Of a stretch of 64,000 nt of DNA, positions 51,276 through 63,400 are shown in pieces. The translations under genes and the position numbers were made by a program. The stretch covers positions 9,114,001 to 9,178,000 of the forward strand of contig JBHGNT010000022.1 of the NCBI GenBank assembly GCA_043228905.1, in the 5' to 3' direction. The DNA is from Azolla caroliniana (Eukaryota; Plantae; Polypodiophyta). The stretch's first letter is position 1. Every line of letters starts with the position of its first letter. A model generated the notes under the pieces. It ran no database searches. It was not told where the DNA came from and was given only the letters and a program-made list of their open reading frames with translations.

Positions 51276-54094
51276 TGTCGTGTTGTTACGCGTGTGCGTG
51301 TAGAAAGGCGGGACCAAGGGGGTCTTGGACTAGGGAGTGACGGAGCGTAGGAAGCCGCGCTTCACCTTTTCCGGGGCACCCTAGGAGCACACCGGAAGCA
51401 ACCGAAGGGAGAGAGAGAGAGAGAGCAGGCATGCAACATTGACTCTCACACAAACATGTACATAAGCAAGAAAGAAACACTAAGACACACACACACACAC
51501 GCACACCAACAGAGACTTGAATATGCACAAACACATGTATATGTATTTACAAGACAACGAGATTCAACACCGACTTCAAGCCGGACCTAGGTCGCATAGG
51601 ATACAACTATTGTCTACTGCCAAGCCGCCGGTCGGGGAGCTCTCGGGCTTGTCGCGTCGAGCGAGGTCTTGCACAGAGTACAGGGCAGAAAACCGGAACG
51701 CTAGATGCCAAGGCTCGACGCACAGAAGGACGAAGAAGAAGAAGAAGTAGAGGGGAGCAAGAAGAAGAAACCCTAAAACAAGAGAGAGAGAGAGAGAAAG
51801 AGAGAACGTCTCTTCGTCTAACGGTATACCGTACTAATACAAAATGGGCAACCCTTTCACAAAGGGCGCTCCCTTCCTTTTATAGAACAAGGAGAGGGAT
51901 GCGTTACAATGTGGGATAAATCCCGACTTGACTACTCTTCAGCGCCATAAAGTCGCCCTCGTTATTCACACTAAATGTACAAGGGTGAGCGCACATGCTG
52001 CACCCCCCCGATGTAGCCAATATTTCCCGGTTTCCGCCTCTGGCCGAAATTCCTCACGACATCCACCCCCACCAAACCGCACGTCCACCGGTACGTGCCA
52101 AATCCGGTGTAGGGTGAGAGATTTCGGCTGGTGAGAAACCGGTCTTCGTAATCCGCATCCCGGCTCGCTGCTGGTTTGAACCGTGGGCTTTGGTTCTTCC
52201 TTCGCGCTTACCTCCCCGTAGGCTTGTTCGACCCGTCGATGGGTCCTTTGCCGCGATCTCCGTAGTACGCGTACTTTCGTTGGCCCTTGTTCGGCCGTAT
52301 GCACGCCCCGCTCTCCGCCGTAGGCCCAATGTCCTCCGCTTGAGGAACGCCCGTAGTGGCCCGCTTGACCTCCGTCGATCATTCGTGTTGTCCTGATTGC
52401 CGTCCCATGTTGTTTCGCGTTGCCTTCATCCTCTCGTCGCCACCTTCCTTCTCCATGGTCTTACGTCGCCACGTCGGCTCGAACCGCCATGGTCTCTAGA
52501 ACGGTGTGGAGGATCCTCCTCTGGCCTTCCACGCGCTCCCTCCAAACTGTGCAACCCGTCTTCGTGCTCGCCTTTCCTCTCCAGCCCCTCCGTGTGCCTT
52601 TCCGGCCCGAGAGTCCTCGCCCGAGAGTCCTCCCCGTGTTTTCCCCTACCGGCTCCTTCCGAAACCGTAACCGGCCGGCAAGGGTTTTGCACTTTGTCTG
52701 CCCATCTTACCGACTCCCGATCCGCTATCTCGTGTCGCCAGGTCCTGTTCCCTGCCGCCACCGTCCTTCTCCCTAGGTCTCACGTCGACTCCCGTTAGCC
52801 GGCTACCGGAGTCTCCGGATCGGTGTGAGGGTCCCATAGGACCGAACTCCGTTTCTCTGCTTGCCGAAATTCGGGTGTCTTCTGCTTGAGTCCCTCCCAG
52901 ATTCTCCTCGTGTCTTCCGCGTAGTTGGGTCCCGTTTCCCACCGCCACCAACCTCTCTCGGTCTCATGTTGCCACGTTGGCCGAACTGCCGTAGTCTCGT
53001 AGGACCGGACTTCGTTACGCCCACTCACCTTGCCGGAAGGTTTGAGATGGTCCGTAGCCGCCTTGCCGGCCTGATATCTTCTTTCTCTACTTCCGTCGTT
53101 CGATCACGTTCACCTGCCACCACCGTCCTTTCCTATAGGACTCACACCGGCTCTCGGGCTGACCGCCGGATCAGTGTGAGGATCTTCGTGGGACCTCCCC
53201 TTCTGGCTTCGGTTGTCTACCTTGCTGCCGCCATCGTTCCTTACTCTAGGTCTCACGCCTCCTCTTGTCGTTGGCTACCAGAGTCTCTAGAACCGGTGTG
53301 TGTAAGGTTGCAACTGCAGTGCTCTGCCTTCGCCATCCTCTTCTATTGGTCACGTTCACCTGCCGCCACCGTCCTTTCCTATAGGACTCACGCTGGCTCT
53401 CGGGCCGACTGCCGGATCGGTGTGAGGATCTCCGTAGACCGCCCATCCGTAGCCCTTTGCCTTTGTCCCTCGCCGCCACCGTTCGTCACTCTAGGCCTCG
53501 CGCTGGCTCTCAGGCCGATCGCCGGTGTCTGTAGAACCAGTGTGAAGGATCCTCCTCGGGCTCCTCGTATCTTTGACCCTTATCCCGGGTCTTCCTTCTT
53601 TCGCAAATCGAGAGGGTGGCTCGCTCCACACCCTCTCCTGTGGTACCGACGTACCGTGTTCCCGGCCTCTTCGTAGGCCTACTCTCTTCCTCCCTCCCGG
53701 AATGGTTTCCGGAAGTCCGCTCCGCTCGGTTCTCGTCCGGGTCCGTCCGTCATTCTCTGGATTTCCGGGTCCCGTTCTCCTGTTGCCACCGATCTCTCCT
53801 ATAGGATTCACGCTGGCTCTCGGGCTGACCGCCGGACCGGTGTAAGGATCTCCGTAGGACCGGCCTTCATTCTCCTCTTCATCCCCTGTACTTCTCCCGA
53901 ACTCGTCGTTGCTCTCCTTCTCGTGTACCTGCCTCCATCTCCCATCTCTCTAGGTCTGACGTCGGCGCTCGTTGCTGGCTGCCTGAGTCTTTGGATAAGA
54001 CGTGGTGTTTTCGTCCCGCAATGATTTGCGGACGCTCGTTCGGGGTACTGCTCCCAAGCACGTTCGGTGAGAATCATCTGGTCTGTGATCAACC

Positions 54095-57000
54095 TGTTGG
54101 GAATCAACGCTTGGATTCACCTTCACCACTCGGCCACAACCGAATAATCGCGGATCAATGTAGCAGAAAATAGGAAATACAGAGAAAGACGCGATACACA
54201 GGGATTAACGTGGAAAACCCTATACGGGAAAAACCACGGGAGTGCGAGACTCCGAACCAAACTATGCACAGAGAAATATACAATGGCGAGCTGCAAGGCA
54301 ACGACCTTGAGCTCGCTGTCCTCGCCACAGGCGGCGGAAATACACAGAGGCGTCTACCTCTTCCTCTCTCGCGCTCTATCTCTCTCTCTCTCTCACGGCT
54401 GCTCCCTCTTCACTCCTCTTGAGTGGAAAAACAGAAAAATAATGAGCAACAGAAAAACTGTTTGCCCTAAGTCATATTTATACTTATATGACTTTGGGCT
54501 ATTTACAACTATAGCCTCAGGGGGCTCGTAGCGAACATATTCACGGATATGTCCCTGCATCCGGATCGCTCTTCGGGTACATTCGTCATCCGGCACCGAA
54601 GCCGGGGTCTTCGTCATCCGGATCCGAAACCGAAACCGGGCTTGTCGGCATTCATCTCCGATATCCGACCATCCCATCCGAAAGGGACCGTAATCCCAAC
54701 AAACTCCCCCTTCACTTCGGCATGGGATGTCTCTCCAATCCGACCCTCTTCCGGCATGCTTCCAGCTTGTCGGGTGTGAGGACCTTGGTCAGCATATCCG
54801 ACCCGTTCTCGTCCGTGTGGATCTTCGTCAGCACGAACTCCTTGTCCTCTATCCTTTCCCGGATCCAGTGGTATCTACGCTGGATGTGTTTCGTCCGGGA
54901 ATGGTAGGCCGCGTTCTTCGCAAGGTGGATGGCACTCTGACTATCGCAGTAGAGTCGGTACTCCTCTTGCCGGATACCGAGCTCTCTAATGAAGTCCTTC
55001 ATCCATATTATTTCCTTGCCGGCTTCAACAGCCGCCATGTACTCCGCCTCCGTGGTTGACAACGCAACCGTCTTCTGCAGCCTCGACTGCCACGAAACAG
55101 CTCCCCCTGCATACGTCATCACATACCCTGATGTGGACCGGCTGGTATCTGCATCAGCCGACATATCAGAATCAGTAAAGCCTTCGAGTTCGGGCTTACC
55201 GGAGCCGAATCGGAGGCACACGTTTGCCGTGCCCTTCAGGTATCGGAGTATCCACTTGGCCGCGTTCCAATGCTCTTTGCCGGGATTGCTCATGTACCGG
55301 CTCACCACTCCGACTGCATATCCGATGTCCGGTCTCGTACACACCATGGCGTACATCAAGCTCCCGACAGCTGAGGCATACGGCACTTTCATCATATCCT
55401 CCTTTTCAGCCTTTGTCTTGGGACTTTGCTTGCTGGACAACTTGCAGTTTGCCGGTAGGGTTGATCCGACCGGTCTTGCTTCCGACATGTTGAACCGTTG
55501 AAGCACCTTTGTCACGTACTTCTCTTGTGACAGCCACAACTGCTTCTTGCTCCGGTCCCGGATGATGTGCATCCCTAGTATTTGCCTCGCTGGACCCAGG
55601 TCCTTCATTGAGAAGGTTCGGTGAAGAGCCTTCTTCAGCATCCGTATCTTGACCTGGTCCCGTCCGACGATCAACATGTCGTCCACGTACAGGAGGAGTA
55701 TTAGGGAGTCTCCTCCTTCGAACTTCTTCACAAACACGCAGTGGTCGGACTGCGTTTTGAGGTACCCTTCGTCGGTCATGAAGGAGTCGAACTTCCGGTA
55801 CCATTGCCGGGGAGCCTGCTTCAGTCCGTAAAGGCTCTTCTTCAACCGGCATACCAGGTGCTCCTTCCCTTTCTTCTCGAATCCTTCCGGTTGCTGCATG
55901 TAGATCTCTTCTTCGAGGTCACCGTGAAGGAATGCCGTCTTCACGTCCATCTGTTCTACCTCGAGGTCCATGCTTGCCGCTATGCTCAGCACCGTCCGGA
56001 TGGAGGTCATCTTCACTACCGGGGCAAATATCTCGTCGAAGTCGACGCCCTTCTTCTGCTGAAACCCCTTCACCACGATCCTGGCTTTGTATCTCGGGGG
56101 GTTTCCGGCATCTCCCGGTTTCAGCTTGAACACCCACTTGTTTCGCAGTGCCCGCTTTCCTTTCGGCAACTCCACAAGTTCATATGTGTGGTTCTCATGC
56201 AGGGAATCCATCTCGTCCTGCATGGCACTCAACCACCTGCGGCTCTGGGTGTCATGCTTTGCTTCTTCAAAGCTCTCCGGCTCCCCCTCGTCGGTTAGCA
56301 ACACGTGCTCTGGTTCCGGAAATCTCCGGGGGGCCCTTCTCTCTCTTAGAGGGTATCTCCGTTCCGGAGCTTCGGTAACCGGTTCTTCCGATTCTTCTTC
56401 TTCATCCGAATCCATTTCGGGATCGGGGCCGGTTCCGGTATCATTTTCATCTTCTTCGGCCGGTTCTGTTTCTTCACCGTCTTCGGCCGGATCCTCGAGT
56501 GCTAACCGGTCCCTTGCCGGTCGGGACTGCTCCTCGTAGAGTTGATCCTCACCGATCGACTTGGAGCTCTTCATCTTCTTCTCCGACTCCCAGTCGGCGA
56601 GCGTCTTGTTCTCCATGAAGATGATATCACGACTCCTGAATATCTTCTTGTCGACCGGGTCCCATACTCGGTAGCCGAACTCGTCGTCGCCGTAACCGAG
56701 GAATATGCATGGCCGGGTCTTAGGATCTAGCTTTCCTCTCCGGTCCTTTGCCACATGCACGTATGCGAGACACCCGAACACCTTCAGATGCCGGTAGGAC
56801 ACTTCCTTACCGGTCCACACTCTCTGCGGCGTGTCTCCGTCCAAAGGAACTGAGGGTGATCTGTTTATCACATATGTCGCCGTCGACATTGCCTCAGCCC
56901 AAAACCCCTTGGGTAATTTCGCATGCGCCAGCATACTCCGGACCCGCTCCATTATGGTCCGGTTCATCCTCTCGGCCAGCCCGTTCAGTTCCGGCGTCTT

Positions 57001-59424
57001 CGGCACAGTAAACTCGAGTCGGATTCCCTTCGAGCGACAGTACTCCTGGAACTGCCCTCGGTATTCCCCTCCGTTATCCGCTCGTATCGCTTTCAGCTTC
57101 TTGCCGGATTCTCTTTCCACTCTCGCGTGGAGTTCTTTGAAGACGGACAACACTTGGTCCTTTGTCTTCAACGGTGCCGTCCACAGTCTTCGGCTGTGAT
57201 CATCTATGAATGTTACGAAGTACTGGGCTCCGCCATGTGACTTCGTTTCTACCTGACACACATCAGTGTGCACCAACTCCAATGGTGCGCTACGTCTCGT
57301 CGGTGGCCTTGAGTGGAAGGAGGTTTGGTTCTGCTTACCGGCCAGGCAATCGGTGCACTTCTCCAGGTGCACGTGCTTCACTGGGATGAGGTTGTCTTCT
57401 GCAAGCCTCTTCATCCCCTTCTCACTCATGTGGCACAGTCTTTTGTGCCACAGCTCACCGGCAGTGTCGGCTGCCACATTCAGCTCTTCCGGACATAACC
57501 GGGCATTCATCAGGTACAAAGTGTTGACCTTCCGGGCCCGAGCCACTATCAGGCTCCCCTTGCTGAACTTCATGACACCGTCCCGGATGCTACCCGTGTA
57601 GCCTTCATCATCTAGCCTCCCGGCCGAGATCAGGTTCAATCGGACCTCCGGAACGTGTCGGACATTCTTCAGCAGCATTTTGCATCCGGTCGGGGTTGTC
57701 AACCACACGTCTCCTATGCCGGCAATCCGGCACGTACCTTCATTTCCCATCCGAACACAGCCATGCTCACCGGCTGTGTAGGATGAGAAGTATCTTCTCT
57801 CCGGGGTCAGGTGGAACGATGCTCCGGAATCGACCACCCAGGTCGTCTCATCGCCGGCAACGTTTAGCTCACCTTCTTCGGTGATGAGCATGATTTCTTC
57901 CTCACTTGCCGTGAGTGCCGTTGTTCCTTTCCGGTCCTGCCCTCGCCGATCCGAACCTCTCCGGTCCGTGGCTCCCCGGTATGCACCGTTTCTCTCCGGT
58001 GACTTCTTCGAGTCGGTGTCGTCGGCTCCGTTGTCTTTTCGGTAATGCCGACAATTCTTTCGGAAGTGCCCCGGCTTCCCACAGTGGAAGCATGTGGGTC
58101 TTCCTCTTGACTGCGACCGGGTCCCAGACTTCTCCCGTCTTTGCGGACTCCGGTTCCATTGTCTTCCCCGATCCGATTCGGTAAACAGCATCTTCGGGTC
58201 GGAGGCCGGTTCCTTATCTCTCCGACGCGCTTCTTCATTCAGAATACTTGTCTTTACCGTTTGTAAGGACAAGTTATCTTCGGTGCACGAGGTGCTGAGA
58301 GTCACCACCAAGTTCTCCCAGCTTTCCGGCAATGTACACATCAGGATGATGGCTTGCATTGCATCCTCCAACGGGAACTTGATCGCCGCAAGCTGGTTCA
58401 CGAATCCCATGAACGTGCTTACGTGTTCCACCATACTCTCGCCGTCCCGGTACTTGAGATTCACTATCTTCCTCATCAGGGAGGTCCGGTTCAACGCATT
58501 CTTCCTCTCATAGAGGCCCGACAGCTTCTTCCACATCTCGTATGCGTTGGTGTCGTTCGCCACATGTTGTAGGACGCTTACATCGACGTATTGTCGGATC
58601 GTCGCTACGGCTTTCCGGTTCAGGAGCTTCCACTCCGACTCAAGTACCCCTTTCGGTATTTCCGACCTGTCAATCGGTTCGTACAGGTCCCGAACAATCA
58701 GAAGATCCTCCATCTTGATCTTCCAGTCGGCGTAATTCTGTGCATTCAGCACCATCATCGTCGGCTGCCCGCTGCCGCCGCCTTCCATTTTCTGCAACAG
58801 TCGCTCTGATACCAGTTTGTTGGGAATCAACGCTTGGATTCACCTTCACCACTCGGCCACAACCGAATAATCGCGGATCAATGTAGCAGAAAATAGGAAA
58901 TACAGAGAAAGACGCGATACACAGGGATTAACGTGGAAAACCCTATACGGGAAAAACCACGGGAGTGCGAGACTCCGAACCAAACTATGCACAGAGAAAT
59001 ATACAATGGCGAGCTGCAAGGCAACGACCTTGAGCTCGCTGTCCTCGCCACAGGCGGCGGAAATACACAGAGGCGTCTACCTCTTCCTCTCTCGCGCTCT
59101 ATCTCTCTCTCTCTCTCACGGCTGCTCCCTCTTCACTCCTCTTGAGTGGAAAAACAGAAAAATAATGAGCAACAGAAAAACTGTTTGCCCTAAGTCATAT
59201 TTATACTTATATGACTTTGGGCTATTTACAACTATAGCCTCAGGGGGCTCGTAGCGAACATATTCACGGATATGTCCCTGCATCCGGATCGCTCTTCGGG
59301 TACATTCGTCATCCGGCACCGAAGCCGGGGTCTTCGTCATCCGGATCCGAAACCGAAACCGGGCTTGTCGGCATTCATCTCCGATATCCGACCATCCCAT
59401 CCGAAAGGGACCGTAATCCCAACA
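54095..59424 (-). mobile_element. Intact Ty1/copia element C (Tnt1/Tork-like)
   Basis: 607-bp LTRs 54095-54701 and 58818-59424 with no difference found; TSD CAACC (54090-54094, 59425-59429); PBS TGGTATCAGAGC (58803-58814); PPT GAAGGGGGAG (54704-54713). Confidence 0.98.
54712..58788 (-). CDS. Copia gag-pol polyprotein (1358 aa), uninterrupted
   Basis: CFHCGKPGHFRKNC knuckle, WVVDSGASFH, HHCC, DNGGEY, NGLAER, QMDVKTAFLHG, LLYVDD, RTKHI...SDMLTK. Confidence 0.96.
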   Translation of the reverse strand: MEGGGSGQPTMMVLNAQNYADWKIKMEDLLIVRDLYEPIDRSEIPKGVLESEWKLLNRKAVATIRQYVDVSVLQHVANDTNAYEMWKKLSGLYERKNALNRTSLMRKIVNLKYRDGESMVEHVSTFMGFVNQLAAIKFPLEDAMQAIILMCTLPESWENLVVTLSTSCTEDNLSLQTVKTSILNEEARRRDKEPASDPKMLFTESDRGRQWNRSPQRREKSGTRSQSRGRPTCFHCGKPGHFRKNCRHYRKDNGADDTDSKKSPERNGAYRGATDRRGSDRRGQDRKGTTALTASEEEIMLITEEGELNVAGDETTWVVDSGASFHLTPERRYFSSYTAGEHGCVRMGNEGTCRIAGIGDVWLTTPTGCKMLLKNVRHVPEVRLNLISAGRLDDEGYTGSIRDGVMKFSKGSLIVARARKVNTLYLMNARLCPEELNVAADTAGELWHKRLCHMSEKGMKRLAEDNLIPVKHVHLEKCTDCLAGKQNQTSFHSRPPTRRSAPLELVHTDVCQVETKSHGGAQYFVTFIDDHSRRLWTAPLKTKDQVLSVFKELHARVERESGKKLKAIRADNGGEYRGQFQEYCRSKGIRLEFTVPKTPELNGLAERMNRTIMERVRSMLAHAKLPKGFWAEAMSTATYVINRSPSVPLDGDTPQRVWTGKEVSYRHLKVFGCLAYVHVAKDRRGKLDPKTRPCIFLGYGDDEFGYRVWDPVDKKIFRSRDIIFMENKTLADWESEKKMKSSKSIGEDQLYEEQSRPARDRLALEDPAEDGEETEPAEEDENDTGTGPDPEMDSDEEEESEEPVTEAPERRYPLRERRAPRRFPEPEHVLLTDEGEPESFEEAKHDTQSRRWLSAMQDEMDSLHENHTYELVELPKGKRALRNKWVFKLKPGDAGNPPRYKARIVVKGFQQKKGVDFDEIFAPVVKMTSIRTVLSIAASMDLEVEQMDVKTAFLHGDLEEEIYMQQPEGFEKKGKEHLVCRLKKSLYGLKQAPRQWYRKFDSFMTDEGYLKTQSDHCVFVKKFEGGDSLILLLYVDDMLIVGRDQVKIRMLKKALHRTFSMKDLGPARQILGMHIIRDRSKKQLWLSQEKYVTKVLQRFNMSEARPVGSTLPANCKLSSKQSPKTKAEKEDMMKVPYASAVGSLMYAMVCTRPDIGYAVGVVSRYMSNPGKEHWNAAKWILRYLKGTANVCLRFGSGKPELEGFTDSDMSADADTSRSTSGYVMTYAGGAVSWQSRLQKTVALSTTEAEYMAAVEAGKEIIWMKDFIRELGIRQEEYRLYCDSQSAIHLAKNAAYHSRTKHIQRRYHWIRERIEDKEFVLTKIHTDENGSDMLTKVLTPDKLEACRKRVGLERHPMPK

Positions 59425-59607
59425 CAACCAAGCCCCGCCTGGGCTTGGTTCTCCAATATCCGTAATTTCGGTTCTGATGCCGACCTCTCCGGACTCGTTC
59501 TGAACCCTTGATCACTTCCCTTCCAATTCCCGACCTTCGCCCGGTCGGTCTTTCTCCCCATGTGAAAGAGGGCGGCTCGTCCCACACCCTCTTCCGTATC
59601 AGCACCT

Positions 59608-60476
59608 TCATGCCGAATCCGGCCCCGATCGAACGATCCATGACCGGATTACGCTCCATTCGAATCGGAATGCCGATCTTCTCGTGCCGCTTCCGTCCTC
59701 GGCCTCCTCGCAAGCCGTTTCCCATCCATCTTCGCTGGCATCGTGCCAAGACTCCTCGCCGGCGCCTCCCTTCTCTCCGGTCTCATGTCGGCACACATGC
59801 ACGATCGCCGGAGTCTCCGGAATCCACATGGAGGGCTCTTCTCCGCTCCCGACCTTGTCCTCGGTCGGTAATTCTCCGCAAGTTGAGAGGGCATTTTGTT
59901 CCGCACCCTCTCCCGTGGTACCGTGGTACCGATCTCCCGCCATCTCGTGGGGCAAGACCGTCTCCCCAGTCTTAGCTTGAGGCCTCGATCTTTCCTCTTC
60001 CTCGAGCATCGCCTCGAGAGCTGCGTACGCCTCCGCAATCCTGGCCTCAACGCCGACCCTTGCCAACTCCCTTTGCCGTTCGGCCTCTTCCCGCTGTGAT
60101 GGCACGCCGTCGTGTGCCTTCCTCTTAGCCTTCTCGGCTTGCTCATCGTCTAGCCGTTGGCCCACCCTTCCGACCTTCGACCAGTCCTCCGTAAGCCCAT
60201 TTGCTCTGTCATCGTCTTCGAGCTCAATCCCAATGGCCTCCCATTCCGCTCGGTCGATCGACCTGACGAACAATAGGACTTTGTCAGCCCCCACCAAACC
60301 TTGTTCCCGCTCCGGGAGCCGAGCAAGCCGTCGCTCGAACTCTCGGAACGCCTTCGTTGCGCCCCGGTGGGTCTTTGCCGATGCTACCCACTGGTCGAAG
60401 TCATGCCGTCTCCGGCTCTTCCGCCGTCCTCCATATGCCTGCAAGAGCGCCTCTTCAAAGGCCTCCCACGAACTAT
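59608..60476 (-). CDS. Gag-like protein of element B (5' end cut by element D)
   Basis: SWEAFEEALLQAY...FDQWV...FREFERR...KVLLFVRS...GLTEDWSKV resembles Gag of seed-free-plant gypsy elements (from memory). Confidence 0.6.
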
Positions 60477-63400
60477 TGTTGTCCAGAGGACAAAAATGTA
60501 AAATTAGGGAATTAGCAAACGCTGAGTCCGAGTATCACGGGCCACCGACGGCTTGGCTGTGTATTAGGGGAAAAGTTATTTAAATGAGGACCAGTACCTC
60601 AGAGAGAGAGAGAAGAAAAATATAGGCGGAAGCACTAGCTTAGTCCCTCGTAACTAGATAAACTTGTAAGGTCACCGGCCATAGGCCGTGTTCTGTAATC
60701 TTTTCTGTCATAGTAATACATCTGATTTGTGCCCATTTTGCTCCATGAGTCTGTGCTTTGATCCATACCTATGAGTTCAACGCCACCCACGCCTATCAAG
60801 ACCTCGCTAGTGTTTTTTCTCTGAGCCCTGTCTCTCTCTCGACGCCTCTGTTACGATCCTTCACGTACCACGCCCTTGAATACCGATAGCCGCAGATCTA
60901 TCGAAGGTGTTCACCCAAAGGAACGGGTAACACAATTTGGCACGCCCGGTTACAGCTGTGAGTGCACAGCAAACTTCGTTGAAGGTTACCACCAGCCGCC
61001 GTTACGGCGCCCTCTCGCACCACGAGGTCTTGGCCACCCGCTCGACGCCCTGAGCCAGTCGAAGGAACTTCCGACTCGGCGGTCACTGACCAATTCTTTC
61101 CCGATCAATCGGAGGCTTGTCCAATCGCCACTGGACACTCGATCGCGAGTTGATTCACCACCAAAACCCCCGTCGAGCCCTCCGGAGGTCAATCAACTGG
61201 AACTAAACCCTTTTCCGGTGCTACCAGAAGACCCACAATACGACATCATGCCGTACCCATACCCACGATACACCGATGGACCAGACACGGAGTCGCACAT
61301 CCGTGCCTTCATATCCACGTGGCAGGCTAACCACTCCATGCACCGCCTCACGCCGGCCGAAATCGATGCCTCAAAGATTGCCGAGTTCACACTCTCCCTC
61401 GATGGGCCGGCCGCACGATGGTACTCTCGCCTCGAAATAGGAGAGGCCACCACTTTCCAAATCGTGCGCACAAAGTTCCTTGAACTTTTTCATCGCGAGG
61501 TGCCTAAACGGGAACTGCTTCGGCAATTCTTCTCTATATGCCAGGAACCGCACGAAACGGCCGCGTAGTTCATGATCCGGTTCCAGGATCTCTACAGACA
61601 AGTGGCCGATGATGTCTCGACACAACATATACCGGACACTTTCCTATCCAGTTTACGAGAGCCTCTACGAACGACTCTCGCACTTACAAATTTCGCCAAC
61701 CATACTATCGAACAAGTCATAACGCGCGTTCTCGCCCTTGATCGGAACCAGCACGGCGCGGCCTTCTCGATGACATCCTTGCAAAACGCTCTTCCCCAAG
61801 AGGACAATCGCTTTCGCCAAGCCCTCCAATGCACGACGTGTTTAGGATCAGGGCACTTGGCCCTCGAATGTCCCCACCGACCACAGTTTCCGATCTGTCA
61901 GTCTCAAGCTCACACGGTCGAGCAGTGCGAATATAATATGCTGAACCGCACAACGGCGGCACCGGTCTGCCAGATCGAGCCACGAAATACATACTCTCGG
62001 CAGGACGAGCGATATATCTACCGAGACCAGGATAACGACCGACCGCGATCCCCGGATCGACGACGCCGAGACGACGACTATCGACGTGATGACCGCCGTG
62101 ATCATTATCGCGATGACCGGCACGACGATTATGCTCGATATGATGACGATCGCGATGACCGGTATGACCGACGGAACTCACGCATTGATCGGCAAAACGG
62201 CAACCGCAACACACGCAACAATAGAAGACCTAATGACAACCGCCAACGGGAGGCTCCTCAAAATGACCAGCGCAACTCCAACGCACCTTGGAACAACCCA
62301 CCACCAAACGAGATCGAGAATCAACAACAACAGCTTCCACACACAGACCGAGCAGACAGTAGCAGCTCGGCCAATGTGACATGTTTTAAATGTAATCAAC
62401 CAGGCCACTACGCCACGCAATGTCCGACAACCAACCGTGGCAAGGCACCCGCGGTGGACAATATCATGGCCGATGTTCAAACGGTCACTACTTGGAGTAA
62501 AGCACAGACTACTCAGTGGCAAATCCAGGATGAAGTACGTTAGGCAGCAAAAGAATGGATTGACACGGCCAATAAAAATAATGCCGTACGCATGCAAACT
62601 GACATGAGAGACGGGCCCAGTGAAGTGCCACAAACCTCGACACCATCCACGTCGTCGGAGGACGACCAACTATGGGATGTTCTTACCAACTCCCGCATCT
62701 CGCTGCCCCTACATAAACTGCTACCACTCATGCCGAGATTTCGGGACACCCTGGCGGCACTCCAGGCCAATACTAAGCCCGTGACGCCACCGGTACACCT
62801 CACCGAAGCAGGAACCGGTCCACCACTCATGGATTCTTAGAACCCAGCCGTGCGAATCATCATTAAGGGACAAGACCTGCACGGATGCATCATCGACGGC
62901 GGATCCGGCGTAAATGTTATTAGTGAGTCAACGTGTCTCAACCTCGGCTTGAATCAATGGGAACCATGCCCCTTTTGGCTTCGGATGGCCGACACCCACT
63001 CCGTTCGCCCCATTGGTTTAATCCGCCATCTCAACTTCACACTCGGAGGCCACATGTTCACGATCTCGGCTGTCGTGCTAAGACTGGAGACACAAGGCGC
63101 CTACCCACTGTTACTAGGTCGACCATGGTTGCATATAGCGAATATCAAGCAACATTGGCAACGCAACATGATCTCGTTCCGAAGAGGCAAGACAAAAGTC
63201 CGCATCATCACTGAAGAACGAGTCCCCGTCGCCCTCAACACTTCGCCATTATACGCGGAAGGGGTCCATATGCTTGACGGTTTGGCCGATGAGGAGGTCG
63301 ATGACTTCCTAGATGATCATCCCACGATCATCCCTCTCTTCGAAATAGATGCCTTACCAACCATCGAGCCATCTAAAGATGAGGAAGTCACGGAGGAGTC

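Larger units (their letters stand above)
51276..60476 (-). mobile_element. Gag-only (non-autonomous) gypsy-type LTR element B; 3' LTR 51276-52061, 5' end beyond element D
   Basis: LTR with TGTCGTG...CACGACA ends, minus-strand TATAAAA (~51880) and PPT-like GGTGGGGGTGGA (52062-52073); minus-strand gag-like ORF; no RT or INT between gag and the LTR. Only one LTR is in the window. Confidence 0.72.

Noticed and set aside
54722-58809. Many plus-strand and alternate-frame ORFs over element C, and 52861-53676 in B
   Set aside because: Shadow ORFs of GC-rich sequence with no recognisable motifs.
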